Shown one piece after another: positions 46,740-57,381 of a stretch of DNA of 64,000 nt. Each line of letters opens with the position of its first letter. Within the stretch, counting starts at the first letter, position 1. The translations under genes were made by a program, and so were the position numbers. Under the pieces are notes generated by a model that was given only the letters and a program-made list of their open reading frames with translations, was not told the origin of the DNA and ran no database searches. Origin of the DNA: an uncultured bacterium. GTDB lineage: Bacteria; Planctomycetota; UBA1135; GCA-002686595. The stretch spans positions 576,001 to 640,000 of the forward strand of contig CALSNU010000001.1 of NCBI GenBank assembly GCA_943787795.1, read 5' to 3'.

Positions 46740-47534
46740 TCAGTTGGAGACTCGGTACCAGAGCATGCCCACGTACTCGTGGAGTGCCCACGAGGAGTCG
46801 CGCATGGATCGACCCCGAGGGATGAGGCCTTGGTAGAGGCGGCTGGGCGCGGCGTGGGCGCCGGTGGGAGCCGGGAGCACGTCGACCCCTTCTCGCTCGA
46901 AGGCCTCCACAGACCTCGGCATGTGCCAGGCGTTCGTCACCACGGCAGCGCGGCCGTAGCCTCTCTCTCTCATCAAGCGGGCCACGCCTCTGGCGTTGCC
47001 CCGCGTGGTCCGGGCGTCGTCCTCGGTCCACGCCACCTCGACGCCAAGCTCGTTCTCGACGTAGTCCCTCAGCACATGGCTGACAGGCCGCCGGTCCGGT
47101 CGAAGCACACCGCCGGTGATGACCAGGGGGAGCCCCGTCTGTCGGGAGAGGCGGGCTCCATACCGGCAGCGCAACTGGCTCAACGGGCCCGGTTGGTCGG
47201 ACCCATACTCCGGCGGGTCACAGTCAACGTCTCCGGCGAGGACCACGATCACGTCGGCATCGATGGACTCGACGGCAGGGTCCAGACTCGGGGTCCTCTG
47301 CAGCCCGTCCAGCAGCAGGTAGGAGACGAGGGGCAGCGAGAGCGCCACGGAGAGGAGCGCGCCGGATGCCGCGAGGATCGTCGCCAGGCGCCTCAGGAGG
47401 GGCCGCCGGGCGCGCCAGCGCATGATGAGGCCCACGAGAACCATCAGGTACAGCCCTGCGGGCGGCATCAACATGTTCTCGAGCAACCACTTCACGGGAG
47501 ATGAGATCGGACGTTGCCCGGCTGCGGACCCCAC
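46740..47534 (-). CDS. YdcF/ElyC (DUF218) family membrane protein
   Basis: Two N-terminal TM helices; ITGG, TTRGNA, VTNAWHMPR and LHEYVG motifs; start may be ATG 47474. Confidence 0.88.
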   Translation of the reverse strand: MGSAAGQRPISSPVKWLLENMLMPPAGLYLMVLVGLIMRWRARRPLLRRLATILAASGALLSVALSLPLVSYLLLDGLQRTPSLDPAVESIDADVIVVLAGDVDCDPPEYGSDQPGPLSQLRCRYGARLSRQTGLPLVITGGVLRPDRRPVSHVLRDYVENELGVEVAWTEDDARTTRGNARGVARLMRERGYGRAAVVTNAWHMPRSVEAFEREGVDVLPAPTGAHAAPSRLYQGLIPRGRSMRDSSWALHEYVGMLWYRVSN

Positions 47535-47575
47535 CTGATCCCAGGAAATGCCGCGATCGACCGCGGTGAGGCGGA

Positions 47576-47851
47576 TCAGAAGTAGGTGGCGCGCTGCTCG
47601 CGTCGGAGCCCGTCCCGCTCCTCGGGGCTCGCGACGAGGGACACCGCGGCCTGGTCACTGGCGCCGAGGTGCTCGAAGTTCCTGCGCGCTGACCGGAGGG
47701 TGATGTGGTTCAGGGCAGAGACCTCGTCGAGGGACTCGAGGCCCACACCGTCGTCCTCCCAGTAGCAAACGGGGCAGACCTCGTGGCTCCCTCTGTGCTT
47801 GAGCGTGTAGTAGTCGCAGCAGGGACACTGCGCCGACCCCTCGGGGATCAT
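47576..47851 (-). CDS. CPCC family cysteine-rich protein
   Basis: CPCC...CPVCYWEDD...NHITL..AR.NF pattern. Confidence 0.85.
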   Translation of the reverse strand: MIPEGSAQCPCCDYYTLKHRGSHEVCPVCYWEDDGVGLESLDEVSALNHITLRSARRNFEHLGASDQAAVSLVASPEERDGLRREQRATYF

Positions 47852-49320
47852 CGCTCGTCCCCTTTCCCTTCCTGGGGGGCGGCTGTCCCAGCCGGGGCGC
47901 CGGCCTCTGTGACAGGGACGCCCGCGGCCTCGAAGGCGCGCGCCATCGGCTTGAGGTGAGCCTCGTATGGCTTCCAGCGGTCCACGGAGCTCGCGTAGAT
48001 CGGTTGCCGGACCTGGGCCGCGCTCGCGGTCTGGACAGCTCGCTCGGTCTCGTGGAACGAGAGGCAGGCGTCGTCCCAGGGCAGCCCGGCGAACTCGACG
48101 AGCTGGCGCGCGGTGCCCTCGAGGTCACGCACCAGGTCCTCGTAGTCCACCTGCAGGATCATCGAGGGCATGACGGAGGCCCAGTGGTCGCAGAGTCGAT
48201 GGGTCAGGGCGTAGGCGCTGGCGATCTCCTTGATGTCGTAGGCATAGGGGATCGTCGACGTGAACAGGGTCCGGAAGATGCCGAAGCCGTTGTCCATGGG
48301 CGCCCGACGCACGTGGATGAAGCGAGCTCCCGGGACGGCCCGGCGCAGGAGACCTGTCTGCAGGAAGTTGGTCAGGAACTTGTCGACGATCACCTCGGCA
48401 TCCGGAGCCAGCTGTCGGAGGCCCTCGGTGTAGCGCTCGCCGATGCCCGCGAGCTCAGCGTCACTCATCGAGGACGCCGCTGCGACCCGCTCCCACGGGT
48501 TCCCGTCCAGCCGTCCCATGGCGTGGGGAAGGAGCGGTCGCTCGCCGACGCCCTCGACGCTGGGGTGGCTGGCGAGGATCTGCTCGACGAGCGACGTGCC
48601 GGACCGCGGCATCCCGCAGACGAGGATCGGGCGATCCGCTGGGGCTCCCTCGGCTGCGGGCCGCTCGGCGTAGGCCTTGTCGTAGCTCCTGATGGACGCC
48701 TCGACGAGCGCGTCCAGCTCCCTGGGGTCGTACTTCATCAGGGACCGCCGAAGCCGGTTCCCGCGCTCGAAGCAGCTGAACGCGCGCTCGTGCTCCTTGA
48801 CCTCGTCGAGGGCGCGCCCCAGGGCGAAGTAGAGGGCCACCCGGGACTGATCGCCCGGCGGCAGCTTCTTGAGGATGGCCTCGGCCGCGGCAAGGTCAGG
48901 GTCATCCGGATCGGAGTAGGTCGTGAGGCCCATCAGGTTCCTGAGGGACTCACCGCTGCTGGGGTCGAGCTCCGTCGCCCGTCGGAACTCCAGGGCGGCG
49001 TCCTCGAGCCGGCCCTGGAACTTCAGGACCGTCCCCAGGTTGTTGGCGGTGGCGGCGTGGTCCGGGTTCGCCGCCTTCGACGCGAGCGCCGCGCGCTCGG
49101 CGTCTTCCAGGCGGCCCATGCGCTGGAGCGCGGCCACGAGGTTCGCCATGAGGCGCGGCTCGCGCCCGTGATTGGAGATGGCCTTGCGGAGGAGCTCCTC
49201 TGCCTTGGCGGGTTGGCCTGCCTGGAGCTTCTCGTGCCCCGCCTTCAGGTCGGCCTCCAGCTTGGCAGGTGCTCCGGAGCGTCCGCGCGGACTTGTCTTC
49301 CTGGGGTTCTTCTTGCTCAT
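47848..49320 (-). CDS. TPR-containing sulfotransferase
   Basis: N-terminal TPRs; GMPRSGTSLVEQILASH PAPS loop, YEDLV and TASAAQVRQPIY motifs. Confidence 0.92.
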   Translation of the reverse strand: MSKKNPRKTSPRGRSGAPAKLEADLKAGHEKLQAGQPAKAEELLRKAISNHGREPRLMANLVAALQRMGRLEDAERAALASKAANPDHAATANNLGTVLKFQGRLEDAALEFRRATELDPSSGESLRNLMGLTTYSDPDDPDLAAAEAILKKLPPGDQSRVALYFALGRALDEVKEHERAFSCFERGNRLRRSLMKYDPRELDALVEASIRSYDKAYAERPAAEGAPADRPILVCGMPRSGTSLVEQILASHPSVEGVGERPLLPHAMGRLDGNPWERVAAASSMSDAELAGIGERYTEGLRQLAPDAEVIVDKFLTNFLQTGLLRRAVPGARFIHVRRAPMDNGFGIFRTLFTSTIPYAYDIKEIASAYALTHRLCDHWASVMPSMILQVDYEDLVRDLEGTARQLVEFAGLPWDDACLSFHETERAVQTASAAQVRQPIYASSVDRWKPYEAHLKPMARAFEAAGVPVTEAGAPAGTAAPQEGKGDER

Positions 49321-49385
49321 CGCGAGGAGACCCTATCACGCAGCAGCGGGCCGACCCAGGCCGACCTTGGCGCCCGTCCCGTTGG

Positions 49386-49898
49386 TCACTTGGCGACGCC
49401 GAGGCCGTCCACAGGGGAGGCTCCCGCGACCTCTACGAGGACCTCGGGCCCAAGCTCGAGCTGGAGGCCCCGCTGGCCGGCGCTCACCAGGAGGGCCTCC
49501 AGCCTGGTCGCGGATCGATCCACGAACGTCGGGAGGGGGCGCAGTTGGCCGAACGGGCTGATGCCACCGGTCACATAACCGGAGAGACGCTCCGCGTCCG
49601 CCGGGTCCATCATCCGCGCGCGCTTCCCCTCAGCGGCGGCGGCGAGGCGCTTGAGGGAGAGCGTCCCCGCGGTGGGGACGATGGCGCACACGGGGGCCCC
49701 GTCCACCTCCGCGAGCAGCGTCTTGAAGACCACGCTTGGGGAGAGCCCTAGCTGGGCCGCGACCGCCTCACCGACGGAGCCCCCGGGCGGTGCGTGCCCG
49801 AGGTCGTAGGCGTGCATTTGGAACGGGACCCCGGCGCGTTCGAGCGCCACGGTCGCGCGGGTGCCGCCCCCTCGTTCTTGCTTCCTGTTCCTGGCCAC
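49386..49898 (-). CDS. ybaK: Cys-tRNA(Pro) deacylase YbaK
   Basis: VFKTL, GYVTGGISPFGQ and SAGQRG motifs; start set at GTG 49898. Confidence 0.9.
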   Translation of the reverse strand: MARNRKQERGGGTRATVALERAGVPFQMHAYDLGHAPPGGSVGEAVAAQLGLSPSVVFKTLLAEVDGAPVCAIVPTAGTLSLKRLAAAAEGKRARMMDPADAERLSGYVTGGISPFGQLRPLPTFVDRSATRLEALLVSAGQRGLQLELGPEVLVEVAGASPVDGLGVAK

Positions 49899-49935
49899 GA
49901 TTCGAGTTCCCAGCAGGGCAGGGTACTCTCTGCTG

Positions 49936-51360
49936 ATGAACACAGCGCTGCTCTCCTTGGCCCTCGCCCTCTCCATGATTGGCCCGCAGGACGAGGGCGT
50001 CGTGGAGACCCGGTGGCCGGGGGGAGGCCTCCGGGAGCGCTACGAGGTCGACGAGGCGGGGGCGAAGCACGGTGAGTTTGTCCAGTTCCGCGAGGACGGG
50101 AGCGTGGCGGTCACCGCCCGATATCGGGGCGGGAAGCGTCAGGGGCGCTACGCCGAGCTCGGCGAGGAGGGGGAGCTGCTCCTCGAGGCCATGTACGAGC
50201 GCGGGGAGCGCTCCGGCTACTGGCGGACCTACGAGGATGGCGTCCGTACGCTCAGCGCGACCTATCGCAAGGGTGTCCTCGACGGCCGGTGGGAGCGTGA
50301 GGAGGTCGACCGGAGCCACAGGGTCAAGGCGACGTATCGGCGGGGTGTCCTGGACGGACGGTTCACCGAGTCCCGACCGGAGGAGCGCTGGGAGCGGTCC
50401 GCGACCTACAAGAAGGGCGAGCTCGACGGGGCCGCCAAGATCAAGGTGGGCAACAAGGTCGTGAGTCGGCGGAAGTGGGAGCGCGGGTTTCTGGCTCAGC
50501 TGGACGGGCGCACGCCGTACCCGCGCCGGCTCAACGTGCTGACCGAGGAACTCGCGGCGGCTCGAGCGGTCGCCAGCGACGATCCGCAGGACCCCATCTC
50601 CGGGGACCGGCAGCACGCGCTCATGCGGCTCAAGGTGTATCGCGCGCTTTGCGGCTTGCACTGGCGCACGATCACCTTGGACGAGAAGTGGAACGACCTC
50701 TGCGACGCGGCCAGCGAGGTCTGCCAGGCCAACGGTGAGTTGGATCACACGCCCGAGCAGCCGGACGGCTTCGACGAGGGCAGGTACCGGCAGGGGTACG
50801 AGGGGGCGAGCCACAGCAACCTGGCCAATGGGGGGCTCGCCCGATCGGTGGACATGTACATGGACGACTCGGACCCGAGCAATATCGACCGCGTCGGGCA
50901 TCGGCGCTGGTGCCTGAACCCCGCCATGGGCAAGACCGGCTTCGGGGCCGCGGGGAGCTGGGCGGCCATGTGGTCCATGGACGGGAGCGGACCGGGCACC
51001 AAGGACCTCGACGCGGTGCTCTATCCGCCTCCGGGCTACCTGCCCCTGGACCTGTTCGGGCCGCGCCACGCGTGGAGCATTCAGCTGGTGCGGGGCAAGG
51101 CGCCCGCGACCAAGGAGGACATCGAGGTCGAAGTGGTGCGCCTCAATGAGTACTACCAGCCGAGGGGGGAGCCTCTGGAGCTGGACTGGAAGGACATCAA
51201 CCACGGCGGCTACGGCGGCGGTCCGTGCGTGATCTTCCGCCCGGTGGACCTGCAGGTCCGGCCGGGGCTGCGGTACGGCGTCAAGGTCAGCCTCGACGGA
51301 GGCAAGTCCCTCGCGTTCGACTACCTGGTGGAGTTCGTCGAGGCGCCGGGGCGAGACTGA
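49936..51360 (+). CDS. Secreted protein with MORN-variant (YwqK-like) repeats and a CAP/SCP-like domain
   Basis: Signal peptide; repeated Y..G.LDG.W/F units; LDHTP, SNL and GHRRWCLNP...GFG motifs. Confidence 0.8.
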   Translation: MNTALLSLALALSMIGPQDEGVVETRWPGGGLRERYEVDEAGAKHGEFVQFREDGSVAVTARYRGGKRQGRYAELGEEGELLLEAMYERGERSGYWRTYEDGVRTLSATYRKGVLDGRWEREEVDRSHRVKATYRRGVLDGRFTESRPEERWERSATYKKGELDGAAKIKVGNKVVSRRKWERGFLAQLDGRTPYPRRLNVLTEELAAARAVASDDPQDPISGDRQHALMRLKVYRALCGLHWRTITLDEKWNDLCDAASEVCQANGELDHTPEQPDGFDEGRYRQGYEGASHSNLANGGLARSVDMYMDDSDPSNIDRVGHRRWCLNPAMGKTGFGAAGSWAAMWSMDGSGPGTKDLDAVLYPPPGYLPLDLFGPRHAWSIQLVRGKAPATKEDIEVEVVRLNEYYQPRGEPLELDWKDINHGGYGGGPCVIFRPVDLQVRPGLRYGVKVSLDGGKSLAFDYLVEFVEAPGRD

Positions 51361-51370
51361 GCTCGTCCTG

Positions 51371-51592
51371 TCAGTCCTCTCGCTCGTCGACCCAGGCCAT
51401 CTGGATCGCCTCGAGAAGGCCCTCGTTGGAGGCTGCAGGATCGCCCACGAAACCCTCCAGTTCGGTCACCCAGCGATGGAGGTCGGTGAACCGGACCGAC
51501 AGGGGGTCGAGGTCCGGGAATCGCTCCGCCAGCCGGAAGCCGATCTCGAACGGATCGGACCAGTCGATGGTGTCGGCCGGGTCCACGCTCAC
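51371..51592 (-). CDS. iscX: Fe-S assembly protein IscX
   Basis: [17 protein letters not shown] and LEAIQMAW motifs; GTGA overlap with the hscA stop. Confidence 0.9.
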   Translation of the reverse strand: MSVDPADTIDWSDPFEIGFRLAERFPDLDPLSVRFTDLHRWVTELEGFVGDPAASNEGLLEAIQMAWVDERED

Positions 51593-53460
51593 AGGTCCCC
51601 GAGCTTCTTCCCCGAGACGGCCTCCTTCACGACGCTGTCCATCAGGACGGCCGCCAGGGGCATGGTCGCGCGATCGAGGGTGTCGCGCGCGATCTGGACG
51701 AGGTCGAGTTCGGCGCACAGCCGGGCCTCTTTGGCCGATGCGATGGCCTCGCGGAGATCCTCCATGGACTCGCGATCAAGTCTATCTTCGGCCACGGCGA
51801 GGTTGGCCGTGGCGTGGCGCAGCATGATCCCGATCTCCGCGATCAGGTCGACGCGCCGGCGCTCTTCGAAGTCCTTCTTCGCGTTCTTGAAGGAGGCCTC
51901 CAGCATGGCCGAGACCTCGTCCTCGGTCAGGCCGTGGGACGGCTTCACCTCGATGGATGCGCTGGCGCCCGTGCTCTCTTCCTTCGCGGAGACCGTGAGG
52001 ATCCCGTCGGCGTCCAGGTGGAACTTCACGCCGACGCGGGGCAGGCCCGCGGGCATGGGGGGGATCCCGGTGAGCTTGAAGCGACCGAGGGAGCGGCAGT
52101 CGGCGGCGAGCTCTCGTTCGCCCTGCAGCACGTGGAAGTCGATGGCGCTCTGGTTGTCCGCGTAGGTGGTGAAGCCCTCCTTGACCGAGCAGGGAATGCG
52201 GCTGTTGCGCTGGATCAACTTCTCCGCGGCACCGCCCATGGTCTCGAGTCCGAGCGAGAGCGGCGTGACGTCCATGAGGAGGATGTCCCGGCTCCCTCCC
52301 ATGAGCACCTCCGCCTGGGCCGCAGCGCCGAGGGCGACGACCTGGTCGGGGTTGAGCTCGGTGTGCGGCGCCCGGCCGAAGAACCGCTCGACCTCCGCGC
52401 GCACCAGGGGGACCCGGGTCGAGCCGCCGACCAGGACGACCTCGTCGACGTCTCCAGGCTCGAGGCCCGCGTCCTTGAGGGCCCGCTCGCAGCAGCGGAG
52501 GCTGCGCTCGACGAACGGCGCCGAGAGTGCTTCGAACTCCTCGCGCGTCACGGTCCGTCGCGCGTTGACGCCAAGCTCAGGGATCGAGATGACGAGGTCC
52601 GCCGCGGGGTCCTTCGAGAGCGCGATCTTGGCCTTCTCGGCCGCGAGGCGTGCGGCCTGGCGGAAGGCGGGCTCCTCGAACACGGCATCGTCGACTGCAC
52701 CCTCCAGCTCTCCGCGCAGGAGATCGACCAGCGCGGCGTCCAGGTCGTCGCCGCCCAGGCTCGTATCTCCGTTCGTGGAGAGGACCTGGAAGACCCCCTC
52801 TTCGATGCTGAGGATGGAGACGTCGAAGGTCCCGCCCCCGAGGTCGTACACCGCGACGGTGCCCTCCTCCTTCTGATCGAGGCCGTAGGCGAGGGAGGCT
52901 GCTGTGGGCTCGTTGACGATGCGGAGCACCTCCAGGCCGGCCAGGCGGGCAGCGTCACGCGTCGCCTGACGCTGGGCGTCATCGAAGTACGCGGGGACGG
53001 TGATGACGGCGCTGAGGACCTCTGCGCCGCCCATGGCGACGCTCGCCTGGGCGGCGACCTCCCGGAGGATCAGGGCCGAGATCTCCTGGGGCGTGAAGCG
53101 CTTGCCGCCGACCTCGACCTGGACCAGACCGCGCTCGGTCTGGGAGACCTTGTAGGGGAGGCGCCGCAGGACGGACTCATCGAGCTCTCCAAGCGAGCGG
53201 CCCATGAAGCGCTTGATGCTGTGGACGGTGTGAGCGGGGTCGTCCATGGACCGAGCTCGCGCCGTCCTCCCGACGACCGCGGTGCCGTTGTCGGAGACGT
53301 GGACCACGGAGGGGATGAGCGCTGCCTCTCCCTCCACCTCAAGGACCTCGGGCCGACCGTCCTTCCAGATCGCGGGAAGTGAGTTGGTCGTGCCAAGGTC
53401 GATGCCGATGACGACGCGCTTGGGCTGGTCTTCCAGCACCTCGAGTTCGATGTATCCCAC
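51589..53460 (-). CDS. hscA: Fe-S chaperone HscA (Hsp70 family)
   Basis: [28 protein letters not shown] and DVTPLSLG motifs; position in the isc operon; start approximate. Confidence 0.92.
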   Translation of the reverse strand: MGYIELEVLEDQPKRVVIGIDLGTTNSLPAIWKDGRPEVLEVEGEAALIPSVVHVSDNGTAVVGRTARARSMDDPAHTVHSIKRFMGRSLGELDESVLRRLPYKVSQTERGLVQVEVGGKRFTPQEISALILREVAAQASVAMGGAEVLSAVITVPAYFDDAQRQATRDAARLAGLEVLRIVNEPTAASLAYGLDQKEEGTVAVYDLGGGTFDVSILSIEEGVFQVLSTNGDTSLGGDDLDAALVDLLRGELEGAVDDAVFEEPAFRQAARLAAEKAKIALSKDPAADLVISIPELGVNARRTVTREEFEALSAPFVERSLRCCERALKDAGLEPGDVDEVVLVGGSTRVPLVRAEVERFFGRAPHTELNPDQVVALGAAAQAEVLMGGSRDILLMDVTPLSLGLETMGGAAEKLIQRNSRIPCSVKEGFTTYADNQSAIDFHVLQGERELAADCRSLGRFKLTGIPPMPAGLPRVGVKFHLDADGILTVSAKEESTGASASIEVKPSHGLTEDEVSAMLEASFKNAKKDFEERRRVDLIAEIGIMLRHATANLAVAEDRLDRESMEDLREAIASAKEARLCAELDLVQIARDTLDRATMPLAAVLMDSVVKEAVSGKKLGDL

Positions 53461-53480
53461 GGTTGGATGGAGCGGGGCGT

Positions 53481-54086
53481 TCAGGATGGGCCGGCGCTCG
53501 CCGCGATGCGCCCGAGGGCGCGATCGACGTAGCGTCGGGCGTTCAGGCTCTGGCGGATCCCGGTGAGGGACTCGGCGCCAGGCTGGGGGAGGGGGGTCAG
53601 GGCCGCGCCGATCTCGGTGGAGATCCGGTCGCGGTGTTCGGTGAGGTCGCGCTCGAGTTCGAGCCACCCCGTGGAGCCAGGAGAGGCCTCCTCGAGGGTC
53701 TCGTTCCACTCCATGACCTCCATGAGGAAGGCCTGTGGCATGGAGCCGAGCTCCTTCTCGGTGGGCCCACCGAGGCTCTCCACGAGCCGCTCTGCTCGGC
53801 GGACTTCGTCCGCGAGGACCCCGTAGGCCGCGTTGAGCAGCGCGTTATTGCGCTCGGCTTTCGCGAGTGCCTGCTCGCCCTCCAGGGCGAAGAAGTCAGG
53901 GTGCACCAGGCGAGTGAATCTCCGCAGGCGGACCTTCAGCTCCTTGAGATCGACGTCGAACCCGGGCTCGAGGCCGAAGACCGCGAACGGGCAGGCGGCA
54001 TCGTCCGTGAGCATCAAGACCCCGCAGGCGCCACAGGCGAGCGAGGTCTCGAGCCCGGCACCGCAGCTCGGGCAGGTGGCGTCCAT
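53481..54086 (-). CDS. hscB: Co-chaperone HscB with N-terminal tetra-Cys domain
   Basis: CPSC...CGAC, J-domain HPD and [10 protein letters not shown] motifs. Confidence 0.9.
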   Translation of the reverse strand: MDATCPSCGAGLETSLACGACGVLMLTDDAACPFAVFGLEPGFDVDLKELKVRLRRFTRLVHPDFFALEGEQALAKAERNNALLNAAYGVLADEVRRAERLVESLGGPTEKELGSMPQAFLMEVMEWNETLEEASPGSTGWLELERDLTEHRDRISTEIGAALTPLPQPGAESLTGIRQSLNARRYVDRALGRIAASAGPS

Positions 54087-54087
54087 T

Positions 54088-54417
54088 TCAGACGCTGAAC
54101 GACTCGCCGCAGCCGCAGCTCTTCGAAGCGTTGGGGTTGGTGAACTTGAAGCCGCGACCCATCAGGCTCTCCTCGAAGTCCACCACGGTCCCGTTCAGGT
54201 AGAGGAAGCTCTTGGGGTCGCAAACCACCCGGATGCCGTCCTCTTCCTTGATCTGGTCGGTGGCGCGGATCTCGTCGTCGAAGCCGAGGGTGTAGGAGAA
54301 GCCCGAGCAGCCGCCGCCCTTGACGCCGACGCGCAGCGCGGTGCCGTCCGGCATGTTCTGGTCATCGAGGATCCTCGTGACCTCGCTCTTCGCTCGCTCT
54401 GTGATTCCAATTGCCAT
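54088..54417 (-). CDS. iscA: A-type Fe-S carrier IscA
   Basis: GGGCSGFSY and NPNASKSCGCGESF motifs; start at ATG 54417. Confidence 0.93.
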   Translation of the reverse strand: MAIGITERAKSEVTRILDDQNMPDGTALRVGVKGGGCSGFSYTLGFDDEIRATDQIKEEDGIRVVCDPKSFLYLNGTVVDFEESLMGRGFKFTNPNASKSCGCGESFSV

Positions 54418-54440
54418 GGGATGATCTCCGGGAAGGGCGC

Positions 54441-54833
54441 TCAGGCGCTCTCTTCGCCGTCCTGCTTCTGCTTGAAGTCCGCGACGGCTGCCTTGATCGC
54501 GTCCTCGGCGAGGACGGAGCAGTGAATCTTCACCGGGGGAAGCGAGAGCTCCTCGACGATCTCCGTGTTGGAGATGGCCATGGCTTCGTCGACCTTCTTG
54601 CCCTTGATCCACTCGGTGGCGAGGGAGGAGGAGGCGATCGCAGAGCCGCACCCGAAGGTCTTGAACTTGGCGTCGACGATCGTGTCGCCCTCGACCTGGA
54701 TCTGGAGCTTCATCACGTCGCCGCATTCGGGGGCGCCGACGATGCCGGTGCCGACCTCGGTCGAGTTCTTGTCGAGGGAGCCGACGTTCCGGGGGTTGTC
54801 GTAATGGTCGAGGACCTTGTCGCTGTATGCCAT
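54441..54833 (-). CDS. iscU: Fe-S scaffold IscU
   Basis: NPRNVG, GAPECGD, FGCGSAIAS and LPPVKIHC motifs. Confidence 0.97.
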   Translation of the reverse strand: MAYSDKVLDHYDNPRNVGSLDKNSTEVGTGIVGAPECGDVMKLQIQVEGDTIVDAKFKTFGCGSAIASSSLATEWIKGKKVDEAMAISNTEIVEELSLPPVKIHCSVLAEDAIKAAVADFKQKQDGEESA

Positions 54834-54883
54834 CTGACTGAGTGGAGTTGGTGTGCTTTGGTGTGTATGGAGGGGGGAGCGGC

Positions 54884-56098
54884 CTAGTGACCGGTCCAGG
54901 CAATGGTGGAGAGGTCGATCCCCTCCTGCACCATCTCGTAGAGGGGGGAGAGTTCCCGGAGCTTCTTCACCGCGGTGATGACCTGCTCGGCGGCGAAGTC
55001 GATCTCCTCAGGGCTCGTGAGTCGACCGAAGCCGAACCGGATAGAGCTGTGGGCCAGCTCGTCGCCGACGCCCATGGCCTGCAGCACGTGGCTCGGCTCG
55101 AGGCTTGCGGAGGTGCAGGCAGAGCCGGAGGAGACGGCCAGGTCTTTGAACCCCATGATCAGCGACTCACCCTCGACATAAGCGAAGGAGAGGTTGGAGC
55201 AGCCCGGAAGGCGCGAGTTGGCGTCGCCATTGATGGCCACGTGGTCGAGCGCCGCGAAGATCTTCTCCTCGAAGCGCTCGCGCATGGCGATGGAGTGGGC
55301 CATGTCCTTCTCCAGGTCCTGCTCCGCTACGGCGCAGGCTGCGCCGAGGCCGGCGATTCCGGGGACGTTCAGGGTGCCGGAGCGCATGCCGCGCTCGTGG
55401 CCGCCACCGTCCATCTGCGCCACGAGGCGGACCCGCGGCTTGCGGCGGCGCACATAGAGCGCTCCGACTCCCTTCGGCCCGTAGAGCTTGTGCCCGGAGA
55501 AGCAGAGCAGGTCGATGTTGTCCTCCTCCACGTCCACGGGGATCTTGCCGACCGTCTGGGTGCCGTCCGTGAAGAAGAGCACGCCACGCTCGCGGCAAAC
55601 CGCTCCGATCTCACGGATGGGGTTGATGGTCCCGACCTCGTTGTTGGCCCACATGATGGTCACGAGGATCGTGTCTTCCCGGATCGCATCGGCGACCTGC
55701 TGGGCCGTCACGGCACCGTTGTCGTCGGGCACGAGGTAGGTGACCTCGAACCCCTCCTTCTCCATGTGCTTTGCCGTGTCGAGGACCGCCTTGTGTTCGG
55801 CGAGGCAGGTGACGATGTGCTTGCCCTTGGACCCGTACATCTCCCCGACGCCCTTCATGGCGAGGTTGATGGCCTCCGTGGATCCAGAGGTGAACACCAC
55901 CTCCTTGGAGGAGGCGCCAAGGATGGACGCGATCTGCTCGCGCGCCGTGTCCACCGCCTCCTCGGCCTTCCAGCCGAACGCGTGGCTGCGGCTCGCGGCG
56001 TTGCCGAAGGCGCTCGTGAAGTACGGGAGCATCGCGTCCAGGACGCGCTGGTCGACCGGGGTGGTCGCCTGATAATCGAAGTAGATGGGAAGGTTCAT
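54884..56098 (-). CDS. iscS: Cysteine desulfurase IscS
   Basis: [27 protein letters not shown] and LRELSPL motifs. Confidence 0.97.
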   Translation of the reverse strand: MNLPIYFDYQATTPVDQRVLDAMLPYFTSAFGNAASRSHAFGWKAEEAVDTAREQIASILGASSKEVVFTSGSTEAINLAMKGVGEMYGSKGKHIVTCLAEHKAVLDTAKHMEKEGFEVTYLVPDDNGAVTAQQVADAIREDTILVTIMWANNEVGTINPIREIGAVCRERGVLFFTDGTQTVGKIPVDVEEDNIDLLCFSGHKLYGPKGVGALYVRRRKPRVRLVAQMDGGGHERGMRSGTLNVPGIAGLGAACAVAEQDLEKDMAHSIAMRERFEEKIFAALDHVAINGDANSRLPGCSNLSFAYVEGESLIMGFKDLAVSSGSACTSASLEPSHVLQAMGVGDELAHSSIRFGFGRLTSPEEIDFAAEQVITAVKKLRELSPLYEMVQEGIDLSTIAWTGH

Positions 56099-56166
56099 CG
56101 TTCTGTGTTGGATGCCGCTCCGGTTGACGTGGGTCCGGTCATGGCAGTGTGTATTCGCGTGGGGGG

Positions 56167-56643
56167 TCAGCCGGTTGCGGAAAACAGGCCAGTGGGGTCA
56201 GCAGAGCGGTCGGCCAGGGCCTGAAGGGTCACGCCCTCGAAGAGCGTCCAGATCCCCGTGCGAAGACGGGCGAGGGGGGAGCGGATGGGGCACACGGGTT
56301 CGACCTCACAGCCGCCGTCCGCGCTGGCCGCGCCCAACCCTGCGCAGCTCGTGAGCGTCGGGGGCCCCTCGAGCGCGGAGACGATCTCCCCGAGGGAGAT
56401 CTGATCCGCTGATCGCGAGAGCCGGTAGCCGCCTCGGACACCCCGCGTCGACTCGAGGATGCCGCCCTGTTGAAGGTGCTTCAGCGCCTCAGCGAGCATC
56501 CGCTTGGGCACCGGGAAGATGTCGCCGATGGCGCGCGCGCTGATGACCTCAGCCTCCGCTTCCGCGGGGCGGGCCGCCGCCAGCTCGGCCATGTGGACGA
56601 GGGCGATCAGGCCATATTCGGTTCTCTTTGTGAGGCGCAGCAT
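56167..56643 (-). CDS. iscR: Rrf2 family regulator, IscR-like
   Basis: winged HTH with [11 protein letters not shown]; three C-terminal Cys (C..C..C); first gene of the isc operon. Confidence 0.85.
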   Translation of the reverse strand: MLRLTKRTEYGLIALVHMAELAAARPAEAEAEVISARAIGDIFPVPKRMLAEALKHLQQGGILESTRGVRGGYRLSRSADQISLGEIVSALEGPPTLTSCAGLGAASADGGCEVEPVCPIRSPLARLRTGIWTLFEGVTLQALADRSADPTGLFSATG

Positions 56644-56664
56644 CAGGGGGGCGATGTTTAATCG

Positions 56665-56679
56665 GCACTAGTTTAGTGC
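56665..56679. promoter_or_regulatory. Palindromic operator, likely Rrf2/IscR autoregulatory site
   Basis: GCACTA-GTT-TAGTGC perfect inverted repeat in an AT-rich patch 21 nt upstream of the regulator start. Confidence 0.65.
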
Positions 56680-56837
56680 TCTTTTCGGCGGGGGCAACCG
56701 GGCGATGCTGAAAATAGCACCAAAAGGGGGCCAGAACGCGACGGGTGGTCCGCGGACCGCTTCAGTTCGAGGCGCGTCGGGACGGACTCGGATGGGGCCT
56801 CAAGCCCCTCGCGGGGACGCTCGATGACTCTCCTGCC

Positions 56838-57134
56838 ATGGAGAATCCGGAGACGAGGTGTATCGAGTGTGGGGGAGCGGTTCATTCGCTGAACGAGGAC
56901 GAGGCCGGAGCCCCTTGCGTGGCCTGCGCTGAGCGGCTCCTGGAGACGCTGCCGGGCATCTTCCACAGCCCTTGGGTGACCGCCCGAGAGATGCAGCAAC
57001 TCAACGCGGTGCCTGATGCCTCCACCGAGGGAGAGGTGCTGGGAGAGGCTGCGGGCGGCTCTGAGGAGGCCGAGGGCGCGGAGTGGTGGCAGGCAAAGGA
57101 CGACATCGTCCTCGGCCCCGATCAACCCGCCTGA
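56838..57134 (+). CDS. Small hypothetical zinc-ribbon protein with acidic tail
   Basis: CIEC...CVAC followed by LPGIFHSPW; divergent from the isc operon. Confidence 0.6.
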   Translation: MENPETRCIECGGAVHSLNEDEAGAPCVACAERLLETLPGIFHSPWVTAREMQQLNAVPDASTEGEVLGEAAGGSEEAEGAEWWQAKDDIVLGPDQPA

Positions 57135-57381
57135 AGCGCTTCTGGAGCCGTGCCAGCGGCAGCCGAGGTCACGAGGCAGCGAGGGTTCAGAGGGGGCTCG
57201 CAGGAGACCGCGGTTGGAGCGGCGCGCGTTGGCGGCACGCTCTAGAGCTGTGCGGGGAGGTCCCCCTGGCGCGTCGGCTAGGACAGGCGTGCGTGGCAGG
57301 ATGAGCGGTTGACGGGGACTCCGCCGTGACCTCCCTTGCTTCGTTGCCACCAGCTCCAGCATCCTGGGGCGTCTTCAAGCC

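Noticed and set aside
49936..51360. YwqK antitoxin of a toxin-antitoxin pair
   Set aside because: The repeats are generic, the protein has a signal peptide, and no toxin gene is adjacent
51589..53460. Housekeeping dnaK
   Set aside because: Located between hscB and iscX in an operon with LPPVK-containing IscU, so HscA is the better call
3256..56224. Other long antisense ORFs (3256..4674, 6763..8277, 14061..15659, 15801..17381, 38160..39608, 47956..49578, 51814..53382, 54842..56224)
   Set aside because: Each mirrors a well-supported gene on the opposite strand and has no family motifs
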